Numbered from the stretch's first letter, positions 24,021-31,880 are shown. The stretch: 32,000 nt of DNA from Candidatus Methanoperedens sp. (GCA_049301735.1 JBAQLI010000086.1:45295-77294); one strand, 5' to 3'. Made by a program: numbers and translations. Notes: generated from the letters alone by a model not told the origin.

Positions 24021-24037
24021 CTTATACCCGTTTTTAA
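24021..24037 (-). promoter_or_regulatory. candidate promoter of the minus-strand cytochrome operon (reads TTAAAAACGGGTATAAG on the minus strand)
   Basis: Lies 35-51 nt upstream of the ATG at 23986. It has the same AAAACGG(G)TA core as the two plus-strand cytochrome operons. Confidence 0.4.
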
Positions 24038-24138
24038 TAAGTTACTTTTAGCGTAATGCTTTATATAACTTATCATTTTTTTTTATCATTATTTTATATG
24101 TTATAACTATTTATCTTGAAGAGTTGATTAAATGAATA

Positions 24139-24816
24139 ATGAACGCAGTTGATATTGAAAAAGAAATAGAGTGTATTTATTCATTTCCTGACGAAGTTTA
24201 TATTAAAATAATCCGTGAAGTGGGATTTGAATGTGATTTCTGCGGTAAATGCTGCACGAGTGAATTTAACGATCATGTCTTCCTGCTCGATGATGATGCG
24301 CAAAGGATAATCGAAATTGCCGGGAGGGAATTTCTCAGGCCTGCGCCATATTTTGATCTATGTGACAATCTTGGAAGATTTTACGTAATGGGTTATGCCC
24401 TGAAAACAAAACCGAATGGGGATTGCATATTCTATACTGGCACAAGATGCGAACATTATGAAGCTCGTCCCTGGATATGCAAAATATATCCATATATGCT
24501 TCACAGGGAGCCTGATGAAGAAGGAAATATTGAATTCAGGCAAATAAGCGGCCTGGATCTGCATGGATTGTATCACAATGAAATAAGTGAGAAGATATGC
24601 GAGGAGATACTAAAATCAGTAAAGGATTATGAATCCGGATTTCTCAGGCAAAAAATTGGATTTATCAAAGAGATCGAAAGATATTTCAAAGAAAATGATT
24701 TAAGAAGCAGCAAGCAGATGTATGACAGGATGATGAGGCAGTATCAGAAAGGTAAAGCAATAGAGGTATATGTATTCTTCCAGGGAAGATTTGAAAAAGA
24801 AGTAATAGCCAAATAA
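24139..24816 (+). CDS. YkgJ-family Cys-cluster (CxxCxxCC) putative Zn/Fe-binding protein
   Basis: 225 aa. Motifs CDFCGKCCT and GDCIFYTGTRCEHYEARPWICKIYPY, typical of the family. Confidence 0.75.
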   Translation: MNAVDIEKEIECIYSFPDEVYIKIIREVGFECDFCGKCCTSEFNDHVFLLDDDAQRIIEIAGREFLRPAPYFDLCDNLGRFYVMGYALKTKPNGDCIFYTGTRCEHYEARPWICKIYPYMLHREPDEEGNIEFRQISGLDLHGLYHNEISEKICEEILKSVKDYESGFLRQKIGFIKEIERYFKENDLRSSKQMYDRMMRQYQKGKAIEVYVFFQGRFEKEVIAK

Positions 24817-24866
24817 ATTATTAACCCTGAGTGATATTGAGAGTAATCAAATTCGAATAGATATTT

Positions 24867-25673
24867 ATGACAAAAGAATGTTATTATTGCGGTTTCAAGG
24901 ACCCTATGCCGTTCACGTGCAAATTCTGCGGTAATTCCTATTGTTATAACCACCGGCTTCCTGAATCACACAATTGTCCCGGGCTTTTAGAATATAAATC
25001 GAGGGCAAGAGATACCGGGATCTTTTATAAGAAGGACTCTGTAGTTAGACGGAAACAAAACCCTCTCTTGAATTCATTAAATAATATTATCTCTGCTGTT
25101 AAAAGTAATTATTCTTTGATGATTCTTTTGATCGCTCTCATTTCTTTTGTGTTGCAGTATATTATTCCCGGATATTTTTCTTATCTGGCTCTTTCACCCT
25201 ATTATATTTTCTCCAGGCCATGGACACTTATCACACACATGTTCCTGCATTCCGGACCTGTACATCTTCTCTTCAATATGATGTTCCTATTCTTTTTCGG
25301 GCCTGAGCTTGAGCGACGAATAGGGGGAAAAAGATTCCTCTTTGTATTTTTCATTTCTGGGATTATCGCTGCGATCGGCTATTCATTGTGGTCGGTTTTC
25401 ATTTTGAAAGAATATTCGACAGCCGTTGGTGCTAGTGGCGCTTTGTTCGGGATATTTGCATGTCTTGCTGTTCTTGCGCCAGATATCGAGGTTGGTTTGT
25501 TTTTTTTTATTCGCATGAAGATAACATATGCATTGATATTTTTTGCTCTTTTTGACCTTTTGTTCATAGGCTCAAGCGGTGACCTGGTAGCAAGAAGTGC
25601 ACACTTAAGCGGAGTGGTAGCGGGTCTGGCTTTTGGAAAATACTTAAAAAAGAAAGGAAATTATCTTCGTTAA
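24867..25673 (+). CDS. rhomboid-family intramembrane serine protease with N-terminal AN1 zinc finger
   Basis: 268 aa. AN1 finger CYYCGFKDPMPFTCKFCGNSYCYNHRLPESHNC. Rhomboid motifs HMFLHSGPVHLLFNM, GASGALFG (catalytic Ser) and AHLSG (catalytic His). Confidence 0.8.
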   Translation: MTKECYYCGFKDPMPFTCKFCGNSYCYNHRLPESHNCPGLLEYKSRARDTGIFYKKDSVVRRKQNPLLNSLNNIISAVKSNYSLMILLIALISFVLQYIIPGYFSYLALSPYYIFSRPWTLITHMFLHSGPVHLLFNMMFLFFFGPELERRIGGKRFLFVFFISGIIAAIGYSLWSVFILKEYSTAVGASGALFGIFACLAVLAPDIEVGLFFFIRMKITYALIFFALFDLLFIGSSGDLVARSAHLSGVVAGLAFGKYLKKKGNYLR

Positions 25674-25680
25674 TAAGATA

Positions 25681-26028
25681 TTATATTTCTCTAGGTCCTG
25701 CTACTCTTTTATAATCGCTATGATATTCGTATGATTTATCTCCCGCTTTTAAGATGATCTTGAACCCGGGTGTAATTACCTGTGCATACATCATGCCTTT
25801 TTCAGGATAGCCCAGGCTGGTGTCTGGCCACTCAACCGCTTCTTCTTTAACTAATTGAATATTTTCAACAGGAATTTTTAATCGTTCAGAAAGATCTTTT
25901 TTGGCCAAATCCACCACCGGAGAATATTCAGGGATGACAGAATTATTATAAATCGGCTCATTTTGACTTTGTTCCACGCAACCCGTGAAATAAATTGATA
26001 TTAAAAACAGGATCATTAATCGTTTCAT
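25681..26028 (-). CDS. hypothetical secreted lipoprotein
   Basis: I prefer the ATG at 26028, giving MKRLMILFLISIYFTGC with the lipobox-like FTGC. The track start is TTG 26073, and ATGs at 26061 and 26052 are alternatives. No family recognised. Confidence 0.5.
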   Translation of the reverse strand: MKRLMILFLISIYFTGCVEQSQNEPIYNNSVIPEYSPVVDLAKKDLSERLKIPVENIQLVKEEAVEWPDTSLGYPEKGMMYAQVITPGFKIILKAGDKSYEYHSDYKRVAGPREI

Positions 26029-26131
26029 AATATCGTATCTTTTCCTGAACATATTTAACATGACTGTAATCAAGTTGAGTCATTATATTGAAAATATATT
26101 TATATCAAATAGACCATATTAAACGTCTATA

Positions 26132-27097
26132 ATGAACGGAGAATTTACGAAAATAATCGAAGCATCACGACCATCTGTGGCCGTAATCGGACTTGGGGGT
26201 GCTGGAAGCAACATAATAACCTTCCTTTCGGATAAAAACATTGCAGGCGCAAAAATCATTGCGGCAAATTCAGATATCAGCCATCTTATCCTCCAGCGGG
26301 CAGATAAATTATTGCTGCTGGGAAAAGACAGAAGTAAAGGCAAAGGATGCGGTGGATTCCCGGAAGTTGGCGCAGAATGCGCGCAGGAAAGTAAGGAGGA
26401 TATCCAAAAAGAACTTGAAGGAGCAAATATTGTATTTATCGTTGCAGGTCTTGGGGGAGGGACTGGCACAGGCTCAGCTCCTGTTGTTGCAGAAATTTCA
26501 CATTCAATGGGCGCACTCACAATAGCCTGCCTGACAATGCCTTTTGAAATCGAATCCTTGAGACGTGAAAATGCCAAAAAAGCGATACGTGCTCTTTCGC
26601 AAACATGTGATTCCGTCGTTTTGATAGATAACACAAAACTCAGGCAGGTCGCAGGAAACCTGCCTCTTAAGACGGCTTTTGCTGTAGCGAATTCATTAAT
26701 CGGGGCATTCATTAAAAGTATTACAGAAACCATCACCCTCCCGAGCCTTATGAACCTTGATTTTGCAGACTTAAAAGCTGTGCTTGAAAATAAAGGTATT
26801 TCCTCATTCGGGATAGGGGAATCAGAAGGTCCGGACCGCGTGAAAAAAGCAGTATTAAAGGCAGTATCTGCTCCTCTTCTTGATATTCCTGATCTTGGGT
26901 CTGCACATGGTCTGCTGATCCATATCAGTGGCGGGCAGGACCTGACCCTTGAAGAAGTGGCGCATGTGGATGAATTGATGGCGCAACAGGTTCCAGGTAC
27001 AAAAAGGATAATCTGGGGTGCAAATGTGGATGAGACCATGACAGGGCGAATCCGCATTATGGCATTGTTCGCAAGCGTCGGCAACCCTTTTGAGTGA
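26132..27097 (+). CDS. ftsZ: FtsZ/tubulin-family GTPase, short paralogue lacking a C-terminal tail
   Basis: 321 aa. Motifs VAVIGLGGAGSNI, GLGGGTGTGSAPVVAEI (tubulin signature), GALTIACLTMPF and NLDFADLKAV (T7 loop). The protein ends right after the globular domain (IRIMALFASVGNPFE). Confidence 0.8.
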   Translation: MNGEFTKIIEASRPSVAVIGLGGAGSNIITFLSDKNIAGAKIIAANSDISHLILQRADKLLLLGKDRSKGKGCGGFPEVGAECAQESKEDIQKELEGANIVFIVAGLGGGTGTGSAPVVAEISHSMGALTIACLTMPFEIESLRRENAKKAIRALSQTCDSVVLIDNTKLRQVAGNLPLKTAFAVANSLIGAFIKSITETITLPSLMNLDFADLKAVLENKGISSFGIGESEGPDRVKKAVLKAVSAPLLDIPDLGSAHGLLIHISGGQDLTLEEVAHVDELMAQQVPGTKRIIWGANVDETMTGRIRIMALFASVGNPFE

Positions 27098-27345
27098 TTG
27101 AATTTTTGACAAATATAAGAGAAATTAGCAATTACGAGACTAAAGAGCAAAAAGAGGCATTATAAAAAGCAGCTGATCAAAGTGTAAAGGGTTGTTTTTT
27201 TTTTGTTATAATCATAATTATTACAATAATTTTTTAAATCTTTAAACTGCAATAATTATAAGTAGACAGTAATCCAATAGAAAATAATCATTCAAGACAG
27301 GTCTTTTGACGATTCATTGAATGAACCAAAATATGGAGGAAGAAA

Positions 27346-27429
27346 ATGATACATGAGAAATTATGGAATAGGATATTATTCTGTATGTTAATATCTATCT
27401 TACCGGCGATGCTGCTTGTTCCTTTATGA
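27346..27429 (+). CDS. possible 27-aa hydrophobic micropeptide
   Basis: MIHEKLWNRILFCMLISILPAMLLVPL*. GGAGGA at 27335-27340 lies 5 nt upstream of the ATG, and T-runs follow downstream. No other support. Confidence 0.2.
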   Translation: MIHEKLWNRILFCMLISILPAMLLVPL

Positions 27430-27507
27430 GCAGCACAAAAAGGGATTCTTTGATTTTTCCGTAGATTTTTTTGCTTTTTGCTTTTGAAAAAAAGCTCTTT
27501 AAACAAG

Positions 27508-27515
27508 TTTATATC
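27508..27515 (+). promoter_or_regulatory. TATA-box-like element upstream of the beta-RFAP synthase gene
   Basis: TTTATATC lies 33-40 nt upstream of the ATG at 27548 and is preceded by an A-rich BRE-like AAACAAG. Confidence 0.3.
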
Positions 27516-27547
27516 TTATTGAAATAGATACGTCTAACCCGAAAAAT

Positions 27548-28492
27548 ATGCTCGAAATAATAACTCCCTCCCGTCTGCATTTGACACTGATCGATATGAA
27601 TGCCAGCATTGGGCGCGTTGATGGAAGCATTGGCCTGACTCTTGATAATCCCGTAATAAAAATAAAAGCCCGAAAATCGGATATTATTGAAATAACAGGC
27701 TGTAGCGAGCATATTGAACGCATAAGGAATAGCGCAAAAGCTCTGCTTCCTGATGGCGAGGGAATACAGATCTCAATCGAAGAAGATTACCCATCACATA
27801 TTGGTCTTGGTTCAGGCACCCAGGCAGCTCTTGCGGCTGGCATGGCTGTAGGTGAATTGTATGACCTTGGCCTGTCTGTTCATGAAATTGCAGTAAAAGT
27901 GGGAAGGGGAGGCACAAGCGGCATTGGAGTCGCTGCATTTGAAAATGGCGGATTCATACTTGATGGGGGGCATAAATTCAGCCAGAAGAGGGCATTTCTT
28001 CCCTCAGCGGCAAGCAAGCTTCCTCCAGCACCTGTTTTATTAAGAAAGGAGTTCCCTGATTGGGATATCGTTGTAATTGTGCCTGAACAGAAAGGTGCAT
28101 CACAACAAAATGAAGTGGATATATTCCAGAAAGAATGTCCGGTTCCACTCAAGGAAGTTGAGGCGCTATCCCATGTGATCCTGATGCAGCTTCTTCCGGC
28201 GCTTTTCGAGAACGACATCGTTACATTCGGGAAAAGTATCTATGCGATCCAGGAACTGGGTTTTAAGAAACGGGAAGTTGAATTGCAGCCAATTTCATTG
28301 GATTTGATGCAGGCTTTAAGAGATGGCGGTGCCAATGGCGCAGGTATGAGTTCATTCGGGCCAACCGTGTATGCTTTCGGGGAGGATACGGAAAACCTCA
28401 AGAAAATCGCCAGTGAGCTCCTTGGTGGCAGAGGACTGGTATTTCGTACAAAAGCGAGGAACAGGGGAGCGATTATTGGTAAATGTCAATAA
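27548..28492 (+). CDS. mptG: beta-ribofuranosylaminobenzene 5'-phosphate synthase (GHMP-kinase fold; methanopterin biosynthesis)
   Basis: 314 aa. N-terminus LEIITPSRLHLTLIDMNASIGRVDGSIGLTL and GHMP motif HIGLGSGTQAALAAG match my memory of the beta-RFAP synthase family. Confidence 0.7.
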   Translation: MLEIITPSRLHLTLIDMNASIGRVDGSIGLTLDNPVIKIKARKSDIIEITGCSEHIERIRNSAKALLPDGEGIQISIEEDYPSHIGLGSGTQAALAAGMAVGELYDLGLSVHEIAVKVGRGGTSGIGVAAFENGGFILDGGHKFSQKRAFLPSAASKLPPAPVLLRKEFPDWDIVVIVPEQKGASQQNEVDIFQKECPVPLKEVEALSHVILMQLLPALFENDIVTFGKSIYAIQELGFKKREVELQPISLDLMQALRDGGANGAGMSSFGPTVYAFGEDTENLKKIASELLGGRGLVFRTKARNRGAIIGKCQ

Positions 28493-29256
28493 GAATTAGT
28501 GTATTAAAACATTATCAAAGTCTCTCCAGGGACTATGATCATAGATTTGACAATCCCCGTATCAATTATATGAGGTCTGTAGAGAAAATAGTTCTCCTGA
28601 ATAGCCTGAAGATGGGATTGATACTTGATATTGGTTGCGGAACAGGAGAACAATCTGTGTTCCTGGCTGAAAAAGGATATCGGATACTGGGTGTAGATAT
28701 ATCTAAAGAAATGATAAAAATAGCAAAAGGGAGGATAAAAGATGCCAAATTCAAGGACAATTTGTCTTTTGTTATTGCATCAGCTGAATTTCTTCCATTT
28801 CGCGATAAAAGTTTTGAAGGCATAATTTCCATCTTTGGAATATTTAATCATATTCCAAACGTCGATCATGCCTTCCATGAGACATCCAGGGTTTTAAAAA
28901 CTGGCGGCCAGGCCATCTTTACAGTGGTTAACAGGTGGAATCTGACATGGTGGGTCAATGCTTTTATAAAATGTAAGGGAAGCTGGATAATATCTTCCCT
29001 GAGAAGTAAAGAGTATGTAGTGAATGGGTTGTGGACGTATTATTTTTCAAGAGGGGACCTGATAAAAAGACTCAAGGATGTCGGATTCAAAGTAAAAATC
29101 GGAAGTTTGTTATTGTTTGTATACCCGTTTTATTCAAAGAAATTATTATTGTATGAAAAAATATTCATTCGTTTTGAGGATGCATTAAGATGGTATTACC
29201 CATTCAATAGCCTGGGTTATTATCACCTTGTCATGATAGAAAAAGATGCCGTATAA
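28483..29256 (+). CDS. class I SAM-dependent methyltransferase
   Basis: 257 aa. Motif I ILDIGCGTGEQS, plus ILGVDIS. The start lies 10 nt inside the end of the upstream gene. Confidence 0.8.
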   Translation: MSIRISVLKHYQSLSRDYDHRFDNPRINYMRSVEKIVLLNSLKMGLILDIGCGTGEQSVFLAEKGYRILGVDISKEMIKIAKGRIKDAKFKDNLSFVIASAEFLPFRDKSFEGIISIFGIFNHIPNVDHAFHETSRVLKTGGQAIFTVVNRWNLTWWVNAFIKCKGSWIISSLRSKEYVVNGLWTYYFSRGDLIKRLKDVGFKVKIGSLLLFVYPFYSKKLLLYEKIFIRFEDALRWYYPFNSLGYYHLVMIEKDAV

Positions 29257-29624
29257 TGGAGACCGTTACTAAGCTGCGTCAGATTGTGTGAAAAATCATA
29301 TTCATATTAAAAATAAATCCTATATCTTGCGCTCAAGTAGCCATGAGGCAATATAATACACATTAAGGAGATGTCTTGGACTCTGGTTGCCTACTTGTTC
29401 GTTCTGCAGGAGCTCAACCATGATTAGGAGGAAGAAATTGGCATAAAATTACTGGATATGGATGAAAAATTTTTATTAGTCCAGGATGTTGAGATAAACA
29501 TGAATAGAATTTCGAGATTTGTGTTTTTGGAAAGGTATTTAATATACTATCCCCATAAAGAGTTGCCTTCGCTTATATAGAATTTGAAAATCAATTGGAA
29601 ATAATAATTATTGGAGAAAATTAA

Positions 29625-30080
29625 ATGGCAAGAATGCACACACGCAAAAAAGGTCAGGCAGGGTCCACAAAACCAATCAGGACGGAGCCCCCAAAGTGGT
29701 CGAACACGAACAAGGATGAGATCGAGAGTACTATACAGCAGCTTGCAACGAGCGGAACATCCTCAAGCAAGATCGGTATGATCTTAAGAGACCGTTATGG
29801 CGTCCCTGATGTCACACTTGTGACCGGTAAGAAAATAGGGACCATAATGAAGGAAAAGAATGTTTCTTCAAAAGTCCCGGAGGACATTCATAATATTATA
29901 ATCGATGTACTTGATCTCAATAAACACCTTTTAAAGAATCCTAAAGATATGCATAATAAGCGCGCGCTTAATAATAAGATATCAAAAATAAGGAGACTTG
30001 AAAAATATTATCGCCGTGAAGGTGTACTTCCAGCAGACTGGAAATTCTCTATTCAGAGAGCAGAAATGCTCATTTCATAA
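29625..30080 (+). CDS. rps15: 30S ribosomal protein uS15 (archaeal S15P/S13e type)
   Basis: 151 aa. MARMHTRKKGQAGSTKP N-terminus, plus ...MILRDRYGVPDV... and HNKRALNNKISKIRRLEKYY. Confidence 0.9.
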   Translation: MARMHTRKKGQAGSTKPIRTEPPKWSNTNKDEIESTIQQLATSGTSSSKIGMILRDRYGVPDVTLVTGKKIGTIMKEKNVSSKVPEDIHNIIIDVLDLNKHLLKNPKDMHNKRALNNKISKIRRLEKYYRREGVLPADWKFSIQRAEMLIS

Positions 30081-30086
30081 GTCCCG

Positions 30087-31406
30087 ATGACTGATGGACA
30101 GGAAAGCCTCGCTGAACTTGAGGCTTTAAGCAGGCAGGTAGCAGAAGCCATATTGGAACATGATATAGTTCGGCTTATTTCGCATAACGATGCTGATGGC
30201 TTATCTGCTGCCGGTATCATGTGTAATGCCCTTCATAGGAAGGGCATACTTTTTCATGCTACGATAGTCAGCCAGTTTGACCAATCAACTTTAGACTTAA
30301 TTGAAAAAACATCCAATGGACCCGTTATTCTTTGCGATATGGGAAGCGGCCAGGTCGAACTGACTTCCAGGATAAAAGAAGCCATAATAATAGACCATCA
30401 TAAACCAACAGGGAAACTGGAACATGTCCAGTTCAACCCGCATCTTGTGGGTATTGACGGCTCAACTGAATTATGTGCTTCATGTGGCGCTTACATGGTG
30501 GCTCGCCAGATGGGCGACAATACCGACCTTGCAGGACTTGCTATTGCAGGGGCGACAGGGGATAAACAGCCAATGAAAGGCGCTAATAAATTTATCCTCG
30601 ATGAAGCCATTGCCAGGAAGACAATAACTTCCAGTAGAGGGCTTCGAATGGGGGATGGGTCCCTCGCAGAAATTTTTGAAAATAGTGTAGACCCTTATCT
30701 TGATATAACCGGCGATAAGGATAAGATCAAGGTCTTTCTGGATAATCTTGGAATAAAAGGTGAATTGCGAAATATTTCAGAAGAACAATTGACGAAACTT
30801 TCTTCTGTGATCATATTAAAACTTGTAAAGCAAGGAAGCCTTCCGGCTATTGATTCTCTTATAGGTGACAACTATAACCTTGATAGGGAAGTTGTACAAA
30901 ATATTTATGATTTTGTAAATATCCTGAACGCTTGTGGTAAAGATGAAAAGGCAGGAATTGCACTTTCGCTGTGTATGCGGGATGAATCGGTCATTGATGA
31001 GGCAAAGGTCATAGCACGAGAGAACCAGCGCGCTTTGATCAGCGTAATTAAAAAAGCACAAGCCCGGATCAAGTCAGCCCGGAGTTTCAGGTATGTGCTT
31101 CTAGAGGATTCAAGCGGCACTGGAATAATTGCAGGAACGATGACGCGATACTTATATCCGGATAAGCCTTTCCTTACATTTAACGAAATTGAGGGAAAGA
31201 TCCGTGTTTCAGGTCGCGGGACAAGGAAATTGGTGGGCAAAGGACTTGATCTTGCAGCGGCTATGAGGGAAGCATCAGCAACTGTCGGAGGCATGGGAGG
31301 GGGGCATGATGTTGCATCCGGCGCAACAATTCCCATTGGAACGGCAATGAAGTTCATAGATCTGGTCGATTCAATTATTGAAAAACAGTTAAAACCAAAA
31401 GCATGA
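30087..31406 (+). CDS. DHH-family phosphoesterase, archaeal RecJ-like
   Basis: 439 aa. Motifs SHNDADGLSAAGI, IIIDHHKP (DHH) and GGGHDVASGA (DHHA1 GGGH). Confidence 0.8.
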   Translation: MTDGQESLAELEALSRQVAEAILEHDIVRLISHNDADGLSAAGIMCNALHRKGILFHATIVSQFDQSTLDLIEKTSNGPVILCDMGSGQVELTSRIKEAIIIDHHKPTGKLEHVQFNPHLVGIDGSTELCASCGAYMVARQMGDNTDLAGLAIAGATGDKQPMKGANKFILDEAIARKTITSSRGLRMGDGSLAEIFENSVDPYLDITGDKDKIKVFLDNLGIKGELRNISEEQLTKLSSVIILKLVKQGSLPAIDSLIGDNYNLDREVVQNIYDFVNILNACGKDEKAGIALSLCMRDESVIDEAKVIARENQRALISVIKKAQARIKSARSFRYVLLEDSSGTGIIAGTMTRYLYPDKPFLTFNEIEGKIRVSGRGTRKLVGKGLDLAAAMREASATVGGMGGGHDVASGATIPIGTAMKFIDLVDSIIEKQLKPKA

Positions 31407-31409
31407 AGC

Positions 31410-31649
31410 ATGAAGATAGAAGGAAAATTAACATTCAAAGGTGAAAGAGCAGGAGAACTGGTTAATATTAGTGCACAGTCCCTGGCGCCGGATAATATTC
31501 CTGGAATGAAGACAATTATCAGGGATGGTTCTGCGATGGTTTTATTCGAAGGAGAAAAGGTGGGTACGATCCTTGCTTCGGTTGATGATTACCTGATGAA
31601 TGCTACAATAGTTGAAAAGCTATTTTATTCTCTAAAAGCTATTAGATGA
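31410..31649 (+). CDS. pcc1: KEOPS subunit Pcc1-like protein
   Basis: 79 aa, starting 3 nt after the RecJ-like stop. The pattern ...SLAPDN...IIRDGSAMVLFEGEKVGTILASVDDYLMNATIVEKL resembles archaeal Pcc1 (L-PE ... ALRAxxNSYLRW). This is a weak motif-level call. Confidence 0.5.
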   Translation: MKIEGKLTFKGERAGELVNISAQSLAPDNIPGMKTIIRDGSAMVLFEGEKVGTILASVDDYLMNATIVEKLFYSLKAIR

Positions 31650-31759
31650 TAACCTAATGAAGCTTTATAAATTTTTATTCTTTTTTTATGAAATTTATAT
31701 CTAAATAAATAATTTTATAATATTGAGATGTTTAGTATTATCTTGAATCAATAAAATGT

Positions 31760-31794
31760 TGTGGAGTGGCGGATTTGAACCGCCATGAGTCGTC
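31760..31794 (-). tRNA. tRNA 3'-half-like element (anticodon-stem 3' strand, variable loop, T-arm, 3' acceptor strand); no complete cloverleaf found
   Basis: The minus strand reads GACGA-CTCAT-GGCGG-TTCAAAT-CCGCC-ACTCCAC-A. The T-arm is perfect, with a canonical TTCAAAT loop. The required 5' acceptor strand GTGG(A/G)GT is absent from the remaining 240 nt of the window. Confidence 0.35.
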
Positions 31795-31838
31795 TGTGTA
31801 AGAACAAGATTTACTAAGCCATTGCAAATTACAACATT

Positions 31839-31880
31839 AGAGGGGATAGCAAACCTGCCATCCACATAGACGACCCCTCC
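31839..31880 (-). other. minus-strand structured element resembling a tRNA 5' part (acceptor-like stem + D-arm-like segment)
   Basis: The minus strand reads GGAGGGG-TC-GTCT-ATGTGGATGGC-AGGT-TTGCTAT-CCCCTCT. It forms a 7-bp terminal stem and has U8-, A14- and GG-like positions. The alternative inner hairpin is ATGGCA-ggtt-TGCTAT. The G-U pairs on the minus strand become A-C mismatches on the plus strand, which favours minus-strand transcription. Confidence 0.3.

Noticed and set aside
26119-27150. 343-aa ORF on the minus strand, the longest ORF in this interval
   Set aside because: It is exactly antisense to the FtsZ-family gene. That gene has unmistakable GGGTGTG and NLDFADL motifs. The minus-strand product is Ser/Pro/Ala-rich with no motif, so it is a shadow ORF.
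29458-29580. 40-aa ORF (MDEKFLLVQDVEINMNRISRF...) in the 368-nt spacer upstream of rps15
   Set aside because: It has no ribosome-binding site, and its end overlaps the likely TATA box (CTTATATAG) of the rps15 operon. It is probably non-coding leader or promoter DNA.
30905-31438. 177-aa minus-strand ORF
   Set aside because: It is antisense to the RecJ-like DHH gene (DHH and GGGH motifs on the plus strand).
31760-31880. A complete (intron-containing) tRNA gene
   Set aside because: I tried acceptor partners GTGGATG (31859-31865), GAGGGGT (31873-31879) and GTGGAAC (near 31975). Each leaves one or two acceptor mismatches and no valid D-arm or anticodon arm. It is retained only as tRNA-like fragments.
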